This document shows, piece by piece, positions 1-9,865 of a stretch of DNA of 64,000 bases. This DNA is from Leptospira sp. (GTDB lineage Bacteria; Spirochaetota; Leptospiria; Leptospirales; Leptospiraceae). The stretch is taken from the NCBI GenBank assembly GCA_034439575.1, contig JAWXAQ010000002.1, forward strand, positions 192,001-256,000, in the 5' to 3' direction. The first letter of the stretch is position 1. Each line of letters opens with the position of its first letter. Position numbers and translations under genes: made by a program. The notes under the pieces were generated by a model. It searched no databases and was not told the origin of the DNA. It was given only the letters and a program-made list of their open reading frames with translations.

Positions 1-499
1 TCACGCGATTGCCGCATACAACGGCCCTGTGTATGTGCGAGTAGGGCGACCTGCAATACCTGTCATAGAAAGAGAAAATTATAAATTTCAAATTGGCAAA
101 GCAGAAGTGTTAGCAGAAGGAAAAGATGTTTGTATCATTGCCTGTGGTGTGATGGTTTCTGAAGCTATGATTGCCGTTGAATTATTAAAGGCAAAGGGTA
201 TTAACGCAAGTTTACTCAATATGGCAACCATCAAACCGCTTGATAAAGAAGCCATTCTCGCCAAAGCAAAAGAATGCGGTGCTATTGTCACTGCGGAAGA
301 ACACAACGTAATCGGTGGACTTGGGTCTGCTGTTTCTGAATTTTTATCCGAAGAATTTCCGGTGCCAATTCTGAAAGTAGGTATGAAAGATACTTTTGGA
401 AAATCAGGTACATGGAGTGGTCTACTTGATTATTTTGGCATGCGCGCCAAAGACATTGTCGAACACGTAGAAAAAGCAATCGCCAAAAAATCAAAATAA
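1..499 (+). CDS. Transketolase C-terminal subunit (5' truncated by window edge)
   Basis: Frame open from position 2 ([16 protein letters not shown]); motifs TIKPLD and [16 protein letters not shown] are typical of the transketolase C-terminal domain. Confidence 0.9.
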   Translation, partial: HAIAAYNGPVYVRVGRPAIPVIERENYKFQIGKAEVLAEGKDVCIIACGVMVSEAMIAVELLKAKGINASLLNMATIKPLDKEAILAKAKECGAIVTAEEHNVIGGLGSAVSEFLSEEFPVPILKVGMKDTFGKSGTWSGLLDYFGMRAKDIVEHVEKAIAKKSK

Positions 500-516
500 G
501 AGCCTGGAGAAATTGG

Positions 517-849
517 GTGAACGTATTATCTAATACAGCCCAACCAGGAATCCTCGAAGAAACCGAGGTCTTCATCAAACCAGGGTTTAGTGGACCTTGG
601 CGGGTTGTACTTTGGGATGATGACCATCATACGTATGACTATGTCATTGAAATGTTGATCGATGTTTGTCAAATGTCTCTGGAAAAAGCATTCAAACATG
701 CTATTGAAGTGGATACTCTCAAACGGACCACAGTATTTTCAGGCGAATTAGAACACGCAGAATTTATACATGAAAAAATCATCACTTATGGCCCAGATCC
801 CAGGATGACCACATCGAAAGGATCTATGACGGCTACTTTGGAAAATTAG
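517..849 (+). CDS. clpS: ATP-dependent Clp protease adaptor ClpS
   Basis: PWRVVLWDDDHHTYDYVIEML, AIEVDT..RTTV and AE motifs match ClpS; 110 aa; GTG start with GGAG upstream. Confidence 0.88.
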   Translation: MNVLSNTAQPGILEETEVFIKPGFSGPWRVVLWDDDHHTYDYVIEMLIDVCQMSLEKAFKHAIEVDTLKRTTVFSGELEHAEFIHEKIITYGPDPRMTTSKGSMTATLEN

Positions 850-1138
850 GAAATTCAAATATTCTATTTTACTGATATCTCAATATAATATTGAAAAGAA
901 AGCTGAAATGGATTTTTCCTTGAATTTTAATATTGATTTGGATAAAAAGTATAATTCTTGTTTGGTTGTGATTTTATATATGAATTTGTGAATGATTTTG
1001 AATATGGAAAATTTCGGAATTTTGAAATATTTATCAAATATGTGTAATCGAATTTTACAATATTCCTAATTAAAATTAATTCTAATTTAGAATTCATCCT
1101 AAAATATCTTGCTAAGAGAACGGAATTTAATAAAATAA

Positions 1139-2014
1139 TTAATCTTTTTTCTCCAGTGCAAATAGTCGTGAAGGAACTTCTATAGTTGAGACAGGTTCAT
1201 TTGTATCAGTTTTTACATTTGTCAAAGGGTTGTAGGTATCTAAACTCATTTCACCATCAATGATGAATTGATAATGATAGGCATCTTTTGGTAATAACTT
1301 TTTTTCCAAAACAAAAACGCCGTTTCTATCTTTTTTTAGAAAATCATTTTCTGGATTCCAATCATTAAAATCCCCGACAAGACTTACGACTTCCGCATTG
1401 GGCAAATAAATTTGAAAACGCACAGTTCTTAAATCAAATTCTTCATTATTGGAATCATCCAGAACAATCGAAGAGATTTGTCTATTGGTATCTTTTTTAT
1501 TTAAAATATAACGAGAAATATATGATCCAGATCCATCTTCAATTCGTTCTTGATTTTCAGTATCATAGGTGAGTAACCCATTGACTCTGAATTTATATTC
1601 ATAAATACTCTCGTCTTCATAATGTTCATTGATAAGGGTCGGTTCTATAACAGTGTAATAGATACCGAATTTATTGCGCTTCATGGGTAAACATTCCCAA
1701 TGATTGAAATTTCCACATAACTCAACACTTTCATCGCGAAGACCATTGTATGAAAAAAGGATGCCTCGTTTCAGGAGTTTGTTTGTTTCTAGATAAGACT
1801 CCACATCTAAATACCGGATGTATCTGGGGCTTATATTTTTTTTAAGGCTCTCCAATTGCCAAAGATAATAGACTTTTTCCTGGTCTTCTACCTCTTCTTG
1901 CATCTCGAGTTCTTGCGAAGAGAAACCGCCCACCCAATCCAAGGCCTCTTGGCCAAAAATACCGACAGAAATAAAAAATAGGGCTAATAATATATAAATC
2001 TTTCGTTTTTGCAT
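1139..2014 (-). CDS. Exported protein with two CBM48/AMPK-type glycogen-binding-like domains
   Basis: Signal-peptide-like N-terminus from ATG 2014 (MQKRKIYILLALFFISVGIFG); two repeats VELCGNFNHW...YEYKFRVNG and VSLVGDFNDW...YHYQFIIDG. Confidence 0.75.
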   Translation of the reverse strand: MQKRKIYILLALFFISVGIFGQEALDWVGGFSSQELEMQEEVEDQEKVYYLWQLESLKKNISPRYIRYLDVESYLETNKLLKRGILFSYNGLRDESVELCGNFNHWECLPMKRNKFGIYYTVIEPTLINEHYEDESIYEYKFRVNGLLTYDTENQERIEDGSGSYISRYILNKKDTNRQISSIVLDDSNNEEFDLRTVRFQIYLPNAEVVSLVGDFNDWNPENDFLKKDRNGVFVLEKKLLPKDAYHYQFIIDGEMSLDTYNPLTNVKTDTNEPVSTIEVPSRLFALEKKD

Positions 2015-2130
2015 GGGTTTTAGTTTGTGCTTTTTACATATTTCGGCAGATTTTTGAAAAGAGAATAAGAGCTTTTTTATCAGAATAGATCTGACATAAT
2101 TAAAAAAAAATTCTGCCAATTTTCAGGTAG

Positions 2131-2138
2131 GCCGATAT
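2131..2138 (+). promoter_or_regulatory. Sigma-28-like -10 box (GCCGATAT) upstream of flcA-like gene
   Basis: GCCGATAT followed by RBS AAGGAGG and ATG 2162; no canonical TAAA -35 at 15 nt. Confidence 0.4.
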
Positions 2139-2161
2139 TTAAGGAGGAAACGCATTCTTAA

Positions 2162-5100
2162 ATGGCCGAGCCTAAAGATAACTTATCACCGGAAGAAGTA
2201 CAACAGATCGAAAGTTTACTTTCGGCTTTGAACAAGAATCCGCTTTCATCGGAAGATTTAAATCCGATGGCTCGCTTGTTACGCGAGAAACTTGGTTATA
2301 CCGAACCCATACAAATTCCTGAAGAAGAGACTGAATATGCTGACGAGGATGAATCTTCGGAAACTCCTGGAGATGATTCTTTAGATGCGGATGATCCATT
2401 TGCAGAAAAGCCAAGTGATGAAGATGGCCCGCCTCCATTTCGTGATTTAGAAAGCGAAGATGATGATATAGATCTCGATGCCTTACTTAACGAAGGTGGC
2501 CCGAAAAAGGAACCTGCAGTTAAGGAAGAAGATGATTTTTCATTTGATAGTCCTGCTACAACAGATACCGCCGAACTAGGCTTAGATGATTTTGATCAAC
2601 CACCTCAGCCAACTGCAACAGAAACGCCTGCCGCTGATTTTGGTGATGATCCATTTGCAGATTTAGGTGGCGAAAAAGTAGCAGATGATATGGAGATGGA
2701 TTTTTCTCCACCTTCAAACGAGAAAACGGATGATTCCGATCCCTTTGCCGATTTTGATTCTCCTACAAAGCCGGACGAAACATCAGAACTTCCAGAACCA
2801 TCTGGGGAGGATTCAGATCCATTTGCTGATATGGGCGAAGAATCAACTCCAAACAAATCTGATGCTGGCTTTGATGATGATCCTTTTGCCGATATGGGCG
2901 GAGAAACAGCTGCCATAGGTGATGATCCATTCGCAGACATTGGTTCAGGAAGAGCTGAGACTGGCGGTGAAGATCCGTTTGGTGATCTTGGAAATGAACC
3001 GACAACAAACGATGCATTTGGCGAAGATCCTTTCGGTTCCTTGGATGCAGAAGTTCCGGGAAAAACTTCGACATTTGATGATACTCCAGACCCTAGTTTT
3101 GATGATTTAGGATCGGGCTTTGATGATCCGATGCCAACTACCGATTCAAATGCCGACGAAGGCGGGTTTGATGATCCATTCGGCGACCTAGGTGTTGGAA
3201 TGGAGCCTCCAAGCTTAGATGATGACATGGGTGGTGGTGGAACTTCGACTTTTGATGATTTTGCTCCTTCGCTGGATGATATGCCTGTTTCTTCTATGGA
3301 AGCGGGTGATGATTTCGCAACGAGTGGTGGATTAGAAGATGATTTAGATTCTCTCGGGAAAGAAGAAGAACCTGAAGAAGATTTGGATGCAAGTCTTACT
3401 GATGAAGACCTTGCGATTATCCAACGTGAATTAATAAAATACCCGCCAAAACTTCGCAGAACAATCATTGATGCGATCGTTAATAATCGTGTACCAGTTC
3501 GTAACCAAAAAGAAATTGTAGAACTGATCAAGGCTCAACAAAAGCCTGAAGACATAGCAAGTTTCCTTGGCTCACTACTAGGTGAAAAAGTTGAGCTAAC
3601 AGACACTAGTGGTAAATTTTCTGCAGATGGCGTCCCTATCATTGCGAGCAAAGATGCTTATACTCGCGAAGGTGCAATTCGTCGACGCGAATTAATTCGT
3701 AAAACTTTTTTTGCTTCTGCGGCCGCTATATTTCTTGTCGCAGCTTTAATTTCTTTTTATAGGTTTGTTTATATTCCTCGTATGGCAGGAGCTCAGTACG
3801 AATTGGGCTTGGAACAAATTGACGAATACAAAAAAGAAACTGATCCGCAACAAAAGAAAAAGTTACTTACTGATGCAGAAAATTACTTTAACAAAGGTGA
3901 GGGGATTGAACCTTTTAGTTTGATTTATTTAAATAAGTATTGCGATGCCTATACAAAAATTGGCCAATACGATAAGGCTTTCGAAAAATGTTTTGGTAAA
4001 GTGGAACCTGATTTTGGAATGGAAGCTGGCGACCCACAACATGTTCGGTCATGGGAAAAACGCAAAGAAGTCCCTAATATAAGTATTGCGGATAAATCAT
4101 CTTGGAACGATGCAGGAATTTCCCATGCAGGAAAAATTCCAATTCCTGGAATGAGTGTTAGTTTAGTTTCACAAGACAAAGTCCCAAGAAAAATTATCAA
4201 AGCCGGTGCTTATATAGCATCTAGGTTAAAATATAACATTCATGACGGTGATACATACCTTGCCCTTGGCAGATTTCATTCTTTCAATAGAAAGGATTTC
4301 GTAGAGAAAGCACCTGGTTCTACACAAAAATATTATAAGAACGATGCTTTAGCTATAGAATATTTCAAACGAGTGTTTACCGATGCTGGAAATCCTGATA
4401 ATGTGGATGCTACTTCGGGAATCGCTAAAATTTATTATAATAAAAAAGAATATGGAACTGCTGTTAAATATTATAATGATATTATTGAAAAATTTCCAAA
4501 AGACCCGATAGGTCACGGTGGAATCCTTTCAACTTATATCGAAATGTGGAAAAAAGATAACAATCCTCAATACGTATTGAATCATCATAGACAATTAAGA
4601 AATGCATTAGATATCGAAAGCGATTTATCCATGGCAGTTCTTGCCAAATTAGCTTCCTTTTACATTGGCCTTGATTCAGAAGATGTAAGGATTAAATACA
4701 ATATCAATCCTGAAGATCAAGTATCCGGAATGGAAATTGATGACAACGTAGAATACTTGTTAAACATTATATACGGAAAAGAATACGGAAATCGATTTGC
4801 AGAAGGATTTTACCAAAGAGCGAGATTTTATTTTAAAATTAAAGAAGCTAGTCGCGCCTTAAAACAACTAGAACTTGCTGCAACTTATGATTCTAGACAT
4901 TATTTAGCTGTTTTACTAATGGCTGAATACTATATGAAAGTAGAAAATTATGAACAAGCTCGGAGTTTACTGGCAGAGGCTGAATCCAGATATTCTATTC
5001 ATAGACCAGAATTAGGTGAAAGAGATGAAGATGAAACTTTATTGGAAGGCCAACCAGGAAGAATAAACTATAACCTGGGTAAGATGGCTTTTCTTGAATC

Positions 5101-5782
5101 TGCTGGCATCAACAAAGTTGATAATATTAGAGATTATCCTGGTAAAAAAATATACCCTTCTCGAAGTCTTGGAAAATTATCTGAAGAAGAAACACAAAGA
5201 AGAAATGGATTATTTGTAGCCCAAGAGGAATTTAAAAAGGCAATCGATCCAGAACGTGGCATTCTAACGGACGCTAGTTTGATGCGCGAAGTTAATTTTT
5301 ATCTTGGATGGATAGATTATAACCATAATGAATTTGCATCGGCTCTTGACTATTGGGCTGAGCTACCAGAAGAAGACATATATAATAACGCTACCGTCCT
5401 TCTTGGTAAAGGAAATTCTTTTTATTATACTAAGCAGTACAATGCGGCTCTAGGAAATTACCTTAAACTAAAAGACGATTACGAAGAGCGTGAATTATCA
5501 TTAGGTAGACTTGAACCAGAAAATTCGGATCACCAAGAAATTTATCAAACCTTGACTGCATTGTACAACAATATAGGTGCAGTGTATGAGAAAAAACAGG
5601 ATACGATTAACGCTTTGAAATACTATTGGAAGGCTATGGAAACCGCGAGACGTATTGGCATTGTGAGTGAGATTGCCACTTCCAACAAAGATCTGGTATT
5701 CGCGCGTGCAAGACTTGACAGGGAGCCATTACTAGAAGATTGGTTGCCACCAACCCTTGATAAGATTAAAGATATGAAATGA
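2162..5782 (+). CDS. flcA: FlcA-like periplasmic flagellar collar protein (acidic N-terminus, one TM, TPR-rich C-terminus)
   Basis: Long Asp/Glu-rich region, then LTDEDLAIIQRELIKYPPKLRRTI segment recalled from spirochete FlcA-type proteins, a single TM (FFASAAAIFLVAALISFYRFVYI) and multiple TPR repeats. Confidence 0.65.
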   Translation: MAEPKDNLSPEEVQQIESLLSALNKNPLSSEDLNPMARLLREKLGYTEPIQIPEEETEYADEDESSETPGDDSLDADDPFAEKPSDEDGPPPFRDLESEDDDIDLDALLNEGGPKKEPAVKEEDDFSFDSPATTDTAELGLDDFDQPPQPTATETPAADFGDDPFADLGGEKVADDMEMDFSPPSNEKTDDSDPFADFDSPTKPDETSELPEPSGEDSDPFADMGEESTPNKSDAGFDDDPFADMGGETAAIGDDPFADIGSGRAETGGEDPFGDLGNEPTTNDAFGEDPFGSLDAEVPGKTSTFDDTPDPSFDDLGSGFDDPMPTTDSNADEGGFDDPFGDLGVGMEPPSLDDDMGGGGTSTFDDFAPSLDDMPVSSMEAGDDFATSGGLEDDLDSLGKEEEPEEDLDASLTDEDLAIIQRELIKYPPKLRRTIIDAIVNNRVPVRNQKEIVELIKAQQKPEDIASFLGSLLGEKVELTDTSGKFSADGVPIIASKDAYTREGAIRRRELIRKTFFASAAAIFLVAALISFYRFVYIPRMAGAQYELGLEQIDEYKKETDPQQKKKLLTDAENYFNKGEGIEPFSLIYLNKYCDAYTKIGQYDKAFEKCFGKVEPDFGMEAGDPQHVRSWEKRKEVPNISIADKSSWNDAGISHAGKIPIPGMSVSLVSQDKVPRKIIKAGAYIASRLKYNIHDGDTYLALGRFHSFNRKDFVEKAPGSTQKYYKNDALAIEYFKRVFTDAGNPDNVDATSGIAKIYYNKKEYGTAVKYYNDIIEKFPKDPIGHGGILSTYIEMWKKDNNPQYVLNHHRQLRNALDIESDLSMAVLAKLASFYIGLDSEDVRIKYNINPEDQVSGMEIDDNVEYLLNIIYGKEYGNRFAEGFYQRARFYFKIKEASRALKQLELAATYDSRHYLAVLLMAEYYMKVENYEQARSLLAEAESRYSIHRPELGERDEDETLLEGQPGRINYNLGKMAFLESAGINKVDNIRDYPGKKIYPSRSLGKLSEEETQRRNGLFVAQEEFKKAIDPERGILTDASLMREVNFYLGWIDYNHNEFASALDYWAELPEEDIYNNATVLLGKGNSFYYTKQYNAALGNYLKLKDDYEERELSLGRLEPENSDHQEIYQTLTALYNNIGAVYEKKQDTINALKYYWKAMETARRIGIVSEIATSNKDLVFARARLDREPLLEDWLPPTLDKIKDMK
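2390..3195 (+). repeat. Imperfect coding repeats of (D/E/S)DPF(A/G)D motif in the acidic disordered region
   Basis: About nine DPF-containing units, e.g. DDPFADLGG, SDPFADMGE, DDPFADIG, EDPFGDLG; DNA gatgatccatt/gatccttt recurs. Confidence 0.8.
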
Positions 5783-5811
5783 AAAAAAGATACTTCAAAG
5801 GCTAATTCAAA

Positions 5812-6627
5812 TTAGCCTTTGTATTTAAATCTTTGGATCAACCCAAGTAACAAAAAGTAGACGGTTTCCCACATTCTTCTAATTCGATAAGGCCTAGATA
5901 TAATTCTCCATAACCATGATAAGCCTTTTGATTTAAAATAATCTGGTGCTTTTTTGTCCGATCCAGATAACATATCTAAGGCGCCACCCACTCCAACTAC
6001 TAGAGCTTTACCAAAAAAACCAGTATTGTTTTCAATCCAGATTTCTTGTTCAGGAAAATCCATAGCGAGAAATATAATATCGGGTCCAGTTTTGCGAATG
6101 GCTTCTTTCACTCGCATCTCACGTTGACGATCTAAGTGACCAGCTTGTCTTCCGACAATTCTCACTCTGGGAAAATGTCGTGTTAGGTTAAAGAAAACTC
6201 TCTCTATGATTTCGTCTTTTGATCCAAAAATAAATATAGTAAACTCTTTTAACTCGGCAAGACGAATCAAATCCATCATGACAGCAATCGGAGTCACTCT
6301 TTCTTTAATCCTGCCAGAACTCATCCAATTAATACCAGCACCTTCTACAAGAATCGTACCTGCTTTTTCAGTAATGCGGTGAAGTTGTTTCCCAGGTCTC
6401 ATACGCATCAATTTTATCGGATCTAAAAATAAAACGTAATGCATGGACTCTTTTTTTTCTAAGACTCGAAATAATTTCGCTATAGCTTCGTCTGTTGTAA
6501 CGTTATCTATTGGAACACCCAAAATTTTCAGGGATTCCAATTTAGAGACATCGATATTTTGGTATTCTAGTAGGATGTCTCTTTCTTCCTTTGAGGAATT
6601 GTGAACGATTTCACTTGGTTGCTTCAT
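5812..6627 (-). CDS. WecB/TagA/CpsF family glycosyltransferase
   Basis: ILGVPIDNVT, ERVT, PDIIFLAMDFPEQEIWI, GVGGALD, APDYF..GLSWLWR motifs. Confidence 0.88.
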   Translation of the reverse strand: MKQPSEIVHNSSKEERDILLEYQNIDVSKLESLKILGVPIDNVTTDEAIAKLFRVLEKKESMHYVLFLDPIKLMRMRPGKQLHRITEKAGTILVEGAGINWMSSGRIKERVTPIAVMMDLIRLAELKEFTIFIFGSKDEIIERVFFNLTRHFPRVRIVGRQAGHLDRQREMRVKEAIRKTGPDIIFLAMDFPEQEIWIENNTGFFGKALVVGVGGALDMLSGSDKKAPDYFKSKGLSWLWRIISRPYRIRRMWETVYFLLLGLIQRFKYKG

Positions 6628-6759
6628 CTGAGGTGTGGTTTCCTAGTTTTTCCCATTCAAAAGTGTTGAACGCGGACGTTTTTGTGTCGCCTCTAAATTT
6701 TTCGCAGGTGCTATTTTTTCACTTGGATTTTAAAGGATGAGGCGAAGACTCAATTGAAA

Positions 6760-7782
6760 ATGTATCTCAATTTATATAAAGTTTTAATTGTTTTTTTTAT
6801 TCTAGTTAGCGAGAGTTATGCGGGAAAAGTCAATATATTCGGAACTCTTAAAAATGGAACATTTGGCGGTGTTGGACGTGCTGATTCGATAAAGTTACTC
6901 GCCCTTCAGGGAGCGATGTTGCCCTTAGCGGATTTAGGGCCACAAGTCGGCAATTTTAAGTTTCCCGAACTAGATGCACCAGAAGGTGCACCCATTCTTG
7001 TGCAAGTTGTCTATCAGGGAGTAAATTATAATAAAATGATTCCTCCTGTTCCGACATTTCGTAATGCTTCTCAGGATGTTACAGTTTATGAACTCACTGA
7101 TTCAAAAGAAAAAATAACCATCAAAAGTTTAATGCAAGTTATTCGAGAAAAAAATGGTCTGAGAGTTTTTAAATTATTTTTGATCGATAATCAGAGCAAA
7201 CCGCAAAAATCTTATCTTTCTACAAATTCACCTATCGAATATTATATACCCAAGGATGCTAAGGAAGTTTTTGCACAAGTGCAACAACCAAATTCCAAAA
7301 TGGCGATACCACTTCAAACACCTGAAGGAAAAAATGGCGGCAAAATATTAGATAGAGCTGCACTGCCTGGTATTTCTGAACTACAAGTTTCTTATTTGAT
7401 ACCAAATGATATTGAAATTTTGGAAGAACGACTATTAGTCGAAGGGGATTCCCCATCGTTTCCGATTTTTTTAAAGCCTCAAGATATGAAATTAGAAATA
7501 GTATCAGGTGGCACTCTTAGTAAACTTGAAAAAGATATCCCATCTGGATTAAGTGCATATGCGATAACTGCAACTAGCATACCTAAGGTGATTCGATTTA
7601 CTGTGATCGGTGGTAAACCAATTCCTGCCGCACTCCGAGGAAACCCCGAAATAATAAACGGGACTATCCTGACCACATGGGATACTTCGCTTTTTGCAAT
7701 TGTTGGTTTTCTGGCTTTGTTATTTTCTCTTTCTTTCCTTTTCGTGTATAAAAAATCTTCTTCACAGGTAAATTCCGTATGA
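6760..7782 (+). CDS. Hypothetical protein with signal peptide and C-terminal TM anchor
   Basis: Hydrophobic N-terminus ending ESYA; C-terminal FAIVGFLALLFSLSFLFVY; overlaps the MFS gene start (ATGA). Confidence 0.7.
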   Translation: MYLNLYKVLIVFFILVSESYAGKVNIFGTLKNGTFGGVGRADSIKLLALQGAMLPLADLGPQVGNFKFPELDAPEGAPILVQVVYQGVNYNKMIPPVPTFRNASQDVTVYELTDSKEKITIKSLMQVIREKNGLRVFKLFLIDNQSKPQKSYLSTNSPIEYYIPKDAKEVFAQVQQPNSKMAIPLQTPEGKNGGKILDRAALPGISELQVSYLIPNDIEILEERLLVEGDSPSFPIFLKPQDMKLEIVSGGTLSKLEKDIPSGLSAYAITATSIPKVIRFTVIGGKPIPAALRGNPEIINGTILTTWDTSLFAIVGFLALLFSLSFLFVYKKSSSQVNSV

Positions 7783-9143
7783 CTACAAATTCAAAGAATA
7801 AAAAATCACTTTTGCGATTTCTCGGACTGGAGGAATTGGCCGCACATGGTTGGCGTGGGATTTTAGCATTTTGGGTCATACTCGGTATGGCATTCTTCTT
7901 GTTTGGTGACCAGAATTTGATTGCACCAAATATGAAAAACATCGCCAGTTCTCTTGGAATCACCAATCCAGAAGAAGTCGATTGGAAAATGGGTGGATTG
8001 ATTCCAATTTTATTTTTTATTTTAGGTGGGACCGTTTCTCTTTCCATGGGTTATCTTTCCCAATCATTTTCCAGAAAGAATCTATTACTTATCACGGTCA
8101 TGTTAGGTGAAGTTCCTTGTTTGCTTACTGCATACGCTGAAAATTACAATCAGTTTCTAGTTTTGCGAACTTTATGTGGTTTTGGTTTGGGCGGGATTTT
8201 CCCAATCTTATTCAGTCTGATTGGCGATTATTTTTCTGTTCATTCGAGAGCGGTTGCCACTGGATTTGTTTCATTGGCAATGGGCTTAGGTATTGGGGTA
8301 GGTCAATTGATGGGTGGAATATTTGGTGAAGCTGATCCTGTCAATGGTTGGAGATTATCGTTTATCTATATGTCAGTTCCTTCATTTTTCTTTGCCGCCA
8401 TTTATTTATTGTTTTGTGGAGAACCAAAACGTGGTGGGGCGGAAGGTATTGAGGGTGGTGATGAACTTTCGCATAAAATTACTTTAGACGATTTTAAAAT
8501 TTTATTTCAAAATAAAACTAATTTAGGAGTCTTTTTGCAAGGATTACCTGGCTGCATTCCCTGGGGTGTATTTTTCGTTTTCCTTGTAGACTATTATGAA
8601 AATGTGTATGGATTCGGTAAGGCGGAAGCATCGGGACTTGTAACATTCGCCGCCATAGGTGTGTTTGTTGGAACATTTTTCGGTGGTGTAATAGGCCAAT
8701 GGTTATATAATCGAAATAAAAAATACCAACCTATCCTTTGTATGGTGACGACCATGATTGGCGTGATTCCTGCGATAGCCCTATTATATGCTCAAGGAAT
8801 CATTCATAATTCCGCACTCTTTTTAATTTTAAATATTTTTACTGGGATCTTAATTTCTATCACAGGAGCCAATGTTCGTGCTGTATTATTGAACGTAAAT
8901 GTTCCAAAAGCAAGAAGTGCCATTTTTTCGATTTATAATTTAACAGATGATTTAGGCAAAGGGCTAGGGCCTGCCATGTCTGCAATCATTCTAGGATTGA
9001 CACCTGATCGTGGTTTGGCTTTGTCTTTTTCTATTTTATTTTGGATTCCATGTTCTCTTGCATGGTTACTCATCATATTCAATTATGAAAAAGATGAACA
9101 AAATATGCATAATCAATGGGCTTTGGAATTGAAAGGAAAATAG
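7779..9143 (+). CDS. MFS transporter
   Basis: About 12 TM segments; GYLSQSFSRK (motif A-like), LRTLCGFGLG, LIGDYFSVHSRA. Confidence 0.9.
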   Translation: MTTNSKNKKSLLRFLGLEELAAHGWRGILAFWVILGMAFFLFGDQNLIAPNMKNIASSLGITNPEEVDWKMGGLIPILFFILGGTVSLSMGYLSQSFSRKNLLLITVMLGEVPCLLTAYAENYNQFLVLRTLCGFGLGGIFPILFSLIGDYFSVHSRAVATGFVSLAMGLGIGVGQLMGGIFGEADPVNGWRLSFIYMSVPSFFFAAIYLLFCGEPKRGGAEGIEGGDELSHKITLDDFKILFQNKTNLGVFLQGLPGCIPWGVFFVFLVDYYENVYGFGKAEASGLVTFAAIGVFVGTFFGGVIGQWLYNRNKKYQPILCMVTTMIGVIPAIALLYAQGIIHNSALFLILNIFTGILISITGANVRAVLLNVNVPKARSAIFSIYNLTDDLGKGLGPAMSAIILGLTPDRGLALSFSILFWIPCSLAWLLIIFNYEKDEQNMHNQWALELKGK

Positions 9144-9151
9144 AATTTATA

Positions 9152-9865
9152 ATGAAACACTTTCTTTTGGATATAGAGGGAACGACAGTTCCCATTTCTT
9201 TTGTTCATGATGTGTTATTTCCATTTGCGAGAGAACGTTTATCAAAATTTTTGGAAACTTATAATTTTGAACTGAGTGAATTTACCGAAATTAAACATGA
9301 ATTTGAGAAAGATATAAATGTAGGTTCAGAAGAATTTCTAAAACTTTTTTCTAAAACTGTATCCCTTACTAAAAACGATATTCCAAAATACCTAATTTAT
9401 CTCATTGATATGGATCGAAAATTTGGTCCCTTAAAAAAGATTCAAGGAAAGATATGGAAGGACGGTTATGAGAAGGGTCTATTGAAAAGTACACTTTTTG
9501 AAGATGTGCCAACATTCTTACAAAGAGCTAAAGATAGCAATAACATTTGTTATGTGTATTCTTCAGGAAGTGTGGAAGCTCAGATACTTATATACAAATA
9601 TTCAAATTTTGGTGATCAAACAAATTTTTTTAAAGAATATTTTGATACAGCAATGGGTGGAAAAAAAGATACGCAAAGCTATAAAAACATTGCCCACCAT
9701 CTCAATGTAAAAACCGAAGATATAGTTTTTTTTACTGACATTGTCGATGAAGGTTTTGCTGCAGCTAACGCTGGAATAGAAGCAATTATTTTAGATAGAC
9801 CTGGCAACACAAAACAACCAGATCATAATTTCAAAGTTCTGAAAGATTTACTTTCTTTTTTTTAA
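9152..9865 (+). CDS. mtnC: Enolase-phosphatase E1 / acireductone synthase (methionine salvage)
   Basis: LLDIEGTTVPISFVHDVLFPFA, DRKFGPLKKIQGKIWKDGY, YVYSSGSVEAQ. Confidence 0.93.
   Translation: MKHFLLDIEGTTVPISFVHDVLFPFARERLSKFLETYNFELSEFTEIKHEFEKDINVGSEEFLKLFSKTVSLTKNDIPKYLIYLIDMDRKFGPLKKIQGKIWKDGYEKGLLKSTLFEDVPTFLQRAKDSNNICYVYSSGSVEAQILIYKYSNFGDQTNFFKEYFDTAMGGKKDTQSYKNIAHHLNVKTEDIVFFTDIVDEGFAAANAGIEAIILDRPGNTKQPDHNFKVLKDLLSFF

Noticed and set aside
2390-3195. Recurring gatgatccatt-like DNA units as a possible CRISPR array
   Set aside because: Units are short, degenerate, irregularly spaced, in frame within a CDS, and no cas genes are present
2605-3531. 308-aa minus-strand ORF rich in Ser
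   Set aside because: Antisense shadow of the Asp/Glu-rich repeat region of the FlcA-like gene
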